Program-made: the position numbers and the translations under genes
Source: Macrostomum lignano
Lineage: Eukaryota
Direction of reading: 5' to 3'
Assembly: GCA_002269645.1 (NCBI GenBank)
Contig: NIVC01004569.1
Span: 1-41,763, forward strand
Length of the DNA: 41,763 bases
Part shown: positions 35,530-41,763 of the stretch, one piece after another
Layout of the letters: every line of letters starts with the position of its first letter
Position numbering within the stretch: the stretch's first letter is position 1
Notes under the pieces: generated by a model
The model's input: only the letters and a program-made list of their open reading frames with translations
Databases searched by the model: none
What the model was told of the DNA's origin: nothing

Positions 35530-36457
35530 GTCCCCTGTCTCCCCTGCCTCCCCTGCCTCCCCCGCCTCTCCTGCCTCCCCTGCCTCACCTGCCTCCCCTG
35601 CCTCCCTGTCTCCCCTGCCTCCCCCGCCTCTCCTGCCTCCCCTGCCTCACCTGCCTCCCCTGCCTCCCTGTCTCCCCTGCCTCTCCTGCCTCCCCTGCCT
35701 CCCCTGCCTCACCTGCCTCCCCTGCCTCCCTGTCTCCCCTGCCTCTCCTGCCTCCCCTGCCTCCCTGCCTCCCCTGCCTCCCCTGCCTCCCCTGCCTCCC
35801 CTGCCTCCCCTGCCTCCCCTGCCTCCCCTGCCTCCCTGCCTCACCTGCCTCCCCTGCCTCCCTGTCTCCCCTGCCTCCCCTGCCTCCCCTGCCTCTCCTG
35901 CCTCCCCTGCCTCCCCTGCCTCCCCTGCCTCACCTGCCTCCCCTGCCTCCCTGTCTCCCCTGCCTCTCCTGCCTCCCCTGCCTCCCCTGCCTCCCCTGCC
36001 TCCCCTGCCTCCCCTGCCTCCCCTGCCTCCCCTGCCTCCCTGCCTCCCCTGCCTCCCCTGCCTCCCCTGCCTCTCCTGCCTCCCCTGCCTCCCTGTCTCC
36101 CCTGCCTCCCCTGCCTCTCCTGCCTCCCCTGCCTCCCTGCCTCCCCTGCCTCCCCTGCCTCCCTGCCTCCCCTGCCTCCCCTGCCTCCCCTGCCTCCCCT
36201 GTCTCACCTCCCTCCCCTGCCTCCCCTGCCTCCCCTGCCTCCCCTGCCTCTCCTGCCTCCCCTGCCTCCCCTGCCTCCCCTGTCTCCCTGCCTCCCCTGC
36301 CTCCCCTGCCTCCCCTGCCTCCCCTGTCTCACCTCCCTCCCCTGCCTCCCCTGCCTCCCCTGCCTCCCTGTCTCCCCTGCCTCCCCTGCCTCTCCTGCCT
36401 CCGCTGCCTCCCCTGCCTCCCCTGCCTCCCCTGCCTCCCCTGCCTCCCCTGCCTCCC
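35530..36457. repeat. 9-bp-based repeat CCTCCCCTG
   Basis: Direct reading. Confidence 0.95.
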
Positions 36458-37488
36458 GTGTCACTCCCTCAGTCATTGAATCTGCCTCTCTCCGCTCCTC
36501 TATAATCACTTAACCATTGTCTACCATTACCTAATGCTATTCCCTGCATTTGGAGGAAATTTTGGAACAATATAAGGTGACACAAACAGGTTAATACAAT
36601 AAGTCATTGTCTCTATGCTCACGCTGACTTATATATTCATACTAGTACGGTAAAAATCAACTCTTATTGTGTTCACTCTGTTTATGTAGCAGAATGCCTA
36701 CACATCTATTGCGGCATTGTTGCGGGGCACATGTGCCTACTAGTCTATCATTATATGGATCTCCATTTCTCTTCAAATCAGATTCGTGGGTCAGTCACGT
36801 TGGCTATAGAAATTTGCTTCAAGACTTGCACAATGGGTTGCGATAGCCTTTTGTTCGACTGCCTATGGTCCAGCTTGAAGCTCGAGTGAATAGCTCACAA
36901 TACAGGTGCCTTGATTGCGTCATTACAGAGCTGCTCATGGCATAACCATGACTGATATTTTTTTATTCCCAATTCTATCTTAAAGAAATCCTTATTTCAA
37001 AACCACTAATTAGTGCTTCCATTGTGCCGCTCCTGCTGTTGGTTTTGCTTTGCCCCTGAAGGCGAATTTGTGTCCGAATCAACATGCTGAAATTCGGACA
37101 GAACCCCGAGTTTGAATGTGCGAAGGCAGGTGCGATATTGGTTCGCATTCCACGTGCTGCCTTTTTCGATGTCTACATTAATTCCTTTTTAAAAGAAGAC
37201 TCTACAAATTCGATTAATTTCAGGAAAGACAAGATAAATGAAAAAAAACTGAAATTAGGCGAAAATTACTCGATGCTTATCTTTTATTGCGGCTTTCTTT
37301 GATGTTTTGGCACGAGTGAAAGAGAGAAAACATGAGAATTTGAGTGACATCCGCGTTTAAATAATGAGTCTCTTTTTTAATGAACACATTGATACTTAAT
37401 ACAATTTGTACCAATCGGTTCTATTGCATATTTTCAGATTTGAACCGTCTCATTGGAAAGGCCATCCTCAGAACCCATCATTCAGAGT

Positions 37489-39266
37489 GGCCGCTACCCC
37501 ATTCCCTGTCTTTTATTAAGGCCGCTACCCCATCCCTGTCCTTTATTGAGGCCGCTACCCCATCCCTGTCTTTTAATGATGCTGCTACCCCATCCCCTGT
37601 CTTTTATTAAGGCCGCTACCCCATCCCCTGTCCTTTATTGAGGCCGCTACCCCATCCCCTGTCTTTTAATGATGCTGCTACCCCGTCCCATGAACTTTAA
37701 TGAGGCCGCTACCCCATCCATGAACTTTAATGAGGCCGCTACCCAATCCCATGAACTTTAATGAGGCCGCTACCCAATCCCATGAACTTTAATGAGGCCG
37801 CTACCCCATCCCCTGTCTTTTAATGAGGCCGCTACCCCATCCCCTGTCCTTTATTGAGGCCGCTACCCCATCCTCTGTCTTTTAATGATGCTGCTACCCC
37901 GTCCCATGAACTCTAATGAGGCCGCTACCCAATCCCATGAACTTTAATGAGGCCGCTACCCAATCCCATGAACTTTAATGAGGCCGCTACCCCATCCCCT
38001 GTCTTTTAATGAGGCCGCTACCCCATCCCCTGTCCTTTATTGAGGCCGCTACCCCATCCTCTGTCTTTTAATGATGCTGCTACCCCGTCCCATGAACTTT
38101 AATGAGGCCGCTACCCCATCCCCTGTCTTTTAATGAGGCCGCTACCCCATCCCCTGTCCTTTATTGAGGCCGCTACCCCATCCTCTGTCTTTTAATGATG
38201 CTGCTACCCCATCCCCTGTCCTTTATTGAGGCCGCTACCTATACCCTGTCTTTTAATGAGGCCGCTACCCCATCCCCTGTCCTTTATTGAGGCCGCTACC
38301 CCATCCTCTGTCTTTTAATGATGCTGCTACCCCATCCCCTGTCCTTTATTGAGGCCGCTACCTATACCCTGTCTTTTAATGATGCCGCCACCCCATCCCA
38401 TGTCTTTTAACGATGCCGCTACCCCATCCCCTGTCTTTTAATGAGGCCGCTACCTATACCCTGTCTTTTAATGATGCCGCTACCCCATCCCCTGTCTTTT
38501 AATGAGGCCGCTACCCCATCCCCTGTCCTTTAATGAGGCCGCTACCCCATCCCCTGTCCTTTATTGATTCCGCTACCCCATCCCCTGTCTTTTAATGAGG
38601 CCGCTACCCCATCCCCTGTCCTTTAATGAGGCCGCTACCCCATCCCCTGTCCTTTATTGATTCCGCTACCCCATCCCCTGTCTTTTAATGAGGCCGCTAC
38701 CCCATCCACTGTCCTTTATTGAGGCCGCTACCTATACCCTGTCTTTTAATGATGCCGCTACCCCATCCCCTGTCTTTTAATGAGGCCGCTACTCCATCCC
38801 ATGTCTTTTAACGATGCCGCTACCCCATCCCCTGTCTTTTAATGAGGCCGCTACCTATACCCTGTCTTTTAATGATGCCGCTACCCCCATCCCTGTCTTT
38901 TAATGAGGCCGCTACCCCATCCTCTGTCCTTTATTGAGGCCGCTACCCCATCCCCTGTCTTTTAATGATGCTGCTACCCGTCCCATGAACTCTAATGAGG
39001 CCGCTACCCAATCCCATGAACTTAATGGGGCCGCTACCCTATCCCCTGAACTTTAATGGGGCCGCTACCCTATCACCTGAACTTTAATGAGGCCGCTACC
39101 CCATCCTCTGTACTCTAATAAGGCCGCTACCCCATCCCATGAACTTTAATGGGGCCGCTACCCCATCTCCTGAACTTTAATGGGGCTGCTACCCCATCCC
39201 TGTACTCTAATGAGGCCGCTACCCCATCCCCTGAATTTTAATGGGCCGCTTCCCCTTTCCCCTGTT
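37489..39266. repeat. 31-bp minisatellite GAGGCCGCTACCCCATCCCCTGTCTTTTAAT, ~57 copies
   Basis: Direct reading; second variant ends CCCAATCCCATGAACTTTAAT. Confidence 0.96.
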
Positions 39267-39916
39267 CTTCAGCGAGGCCACTTGTTTGATTTATCATCTG
39301 GTGTTAAGTTGCCAAGACTTGAAACTAATCCTCAAAGTCAAAAACAAAGTTTACAAACTCACTTTACAAACAAATAAAACAGAGTGTACAAGCAGAAGAA
39401 CAAACAAAACTAATTAATATCGTGCAACCCAGTTTAACCCAGACACCGAAGTGCTAACAATCTGCCACGCCTGATACCAACAGACGCGCCAGCTATAGTC
39501 GGCAAAACTTCAAAGAAGGCTGCCATTGCGCTCCGGCAGTCGCCGACAGACAGATAAGAAAATCCGGCCGCTATCGCACCTCCTGATATAGCTAATTAAT
39601 TAGCTCACCTGTGCCTATCTCTCTTTAGAGTCAGTTTTTTATTCACTGCCCGCCAGTCCCCCACACCGTGAAGTGGTCTCAATTAACCTGCAGTTAATTA
39701 ACCTGCTTCGTCACACGTGCAGCTCCCGGTGTGCCAGCCAATCAGAGAGCTCGGCTTTCTACTGGCCTTTGGTTTGGCGCTAGCAATGGAGGCGAGAGGT
39801 GCGAACTCGAGAAAGAGGGAAGAAGATTATAAAAGGTAAACCCTGCTACCCGTTGATCTACTTGAGATTCGAAAGCCAAATAAGATAACTAATTAGTCAT
39901 ATCGCAGGTAATCAGC

Positions 39917-40174
39917 ATGGCTTGCAGAAGAATCAGCTTTGATGGCTTCAGGCCCAGCAGCAGCGTGGCGGTGCTGCGGGAGCGACTTCAGAGCTTAGCG
40001 TCGGGAACTTCAACGAGTGTTGTGATCGAACTTGGTGAGACTGAGGTGAGCTGCCATCTGCCAGAGTTCTACCATAGACAACCTCTGCAGCTCAAGAACA
40101 TCGCGGCTCCTGCTCAGGATTCAACTGCTGCGTGCTCAGGACCCACTACCCGCTGGCGAAGGAGAACCAGTCAG
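39917..40174 (+). CDS. Putative coding start, weakly ubiquitin-like, uncharacterised
   Basis: CCAAT 39738-39742 and TATAAAA 39828-39834 upstream; ISFDGFRPSSSVAVLRERLQ...VVIELGETE resembles ubiquitin-fold residues; possible in-frame 45-nt intron 40046-40090. The ORF tail after 40174 looks like non-coding AT-rich sequence. Confidence 0.3.
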
Positions 40175-40661
40175 GTCTGGCACTGGCTGACTCATCAAAT
40201 CGATAGATCATATGAGCCTCTGAACGTTTTTATTTACGTTTTGTATTTGCATAGAAACTGTTTCGTATATCTTGTATACTGTGCATGCTTTGTGTTCCAG
40301 AGCTCATATTGGGCTGTGATAACTCTTGTGAATAGTTTCATGTACTTTCCATGCTGCATGTACTTTTATGCAAATATTCTTTTAATCTCAAAGTGACAGC
40401 AATACAAATTTTATAAATATACTTGCAAAAATGATTTGTCATTTTTAACATAAATTCACATTGACTTAAAAATTTGTTAAATTTTGCCGGCAGTGGTGGA
40501 GAAAGTCAGCAATTCGGAGCACAGTGCATTGTACTAAACGTATCAGAGAGAGCTGATTATTTATGTATTTGCGCAGGTTCAGCTAACATACAAATTTTCC
40601 CTTGACAGGGAGGCAGGGAGAGACAGGGAGAGACAGGGAGAGAGGAGATATATAGAGGCAG

Positions 40662-41074
40662 GGAGCGGAGAGAGGCAGATTCAAGCACTGAGGGAGAGGC
40701 AGATTCAAGCACTGAGGGAGAGGCAGATTCAAGCACTGAGGGAGAGGCAGATTCAAGCACTGAGGGAGGGGAGAGGGATTCAAGCACTGAGGGAGCGGAG
40801 AGAGGCAGATTCAAGCACTGAGGGAGCGGAGAGAAGCAGATTCTGGCACTGAGGGAGCGGAGAGAGGCAGATTCAAGCACTGAGGGAGCGGAGAGAGGCA
40901 GATTCAAGCACTGAGGGAGCGGAGAGAGGCAGATTCAAGCACTGAGGGAGCGGGAGAGGCAGATTCAAGCACTGAGGGAGCGGAGAGAGGCAGATTCAAG
41001 CACTGAGGGAGAGGCAGATTCAAGCACTGAGGGAGAGGCAGATTCAAGCACTGAGGGAGAGGCAGATTCAAGCA
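40662..41074. repeat. 24/31-bp minisatellite GAGAGGCAGATTCAAGCACTGAGG(GAGCGGA)
   Basis: Direct reading. Confidence 0.94.
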
Positions 41075-41763
41075 CACACAAGCCTATTCAATGCCACGCA
41101 TATTTGGATTGTCAAAAAAATGTCTTCGGCTTGCAAATTGTGAGTAGTTATTCTGTAAATTTTGAATTTATTGAATTATCATTAGTACAAAAATGCACAC
41201 GGACCTGCGTAGTGCTACTTAAAGTATGATGAAGTAGATATTTCCCAACGCGGTCGCAGATAAAGTACAATTACTAAAGATCAAGGCACAGAGAATTTAC
41301 ATTCGTACTTAAAAACTAGAGCTTTGGACAGTAAGTAATTACAAATCTGAATATTTAAAATGAAATGCATAAAAGACATGAGTACGATCTCATTTATATA
41401 AATTTAAAGTACAAAAGTTATTAATTTAAGTCATGTACTTCTTGCACTAATAGTTAGTTAGATAAGCAGAGCTTGTCACCTCAGTGCGGGCGTCAACAAT
41501 TTGTTAACTGAGGAATCTCAGCCACGCTACTAACAAGTAGCGCATAAAGAATATGTAGCGAATCTCTTACAGTTTGTGTGGAAACTTTTGCACAGTGAAA
41601 ATTAAATAAAAACGTTCAATGAGGAATTTCATAAGCCCTAAACTTTATAAAGACTAACTTATCCTATAAGTCTAGACTTCACTGAGCTCACAAACCATTC
41701 AATTCAAAAAACACTTCAATTCACAAACTCTAACTACTTAAACATAAACTACACAAACCCTAA

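Noticed and set aside
41755-41763. Terminal AACCCTAA resembling a telomeric repeat
   Set aside because: Single unit at the arbitrary window edge.

Overview
Eukaryotic (animal) genomic DNA. GC-rich exons, GT-AG introns and a very high density of locus-specific minisatellites (about 26 arrays, roughly 45% of the window by my coordinate sum) suggest a free-living flatworm such as Macrostomum; that assignment is inference. Most long ORFs in the track are artefacts of stop-free repeats. Supported genes: (1) a complete 5-exon cathepsin F on the minus strand (20111-16125, 471 aa) with a cystatin domain, ERFNAQ prodomain and papain-type catalytic residues; (2) two RING-finger ORFs on the plus strand (24125-24649 and 25716-26492) that can be spliced in frame into one double-RING, two-TM protein; (3) two tandem, divergent small secreted precursor genes (29904-30197 and 32008-32288) sharing a dibasic-site-flanked core SLQxI(L)YKLGH, hidden in the second copy by a 1-nt frameshift. 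The third is the best candidate for an undescribed system, a possible new peptide-hormone family. Two palindromic TA-flanked MITE-like elements lie upstream of cathepsin F, one centred on a GTCACGTGAC (CLEAR-type) motif. No rRNA, intact tRNA or CRISPR array was found.
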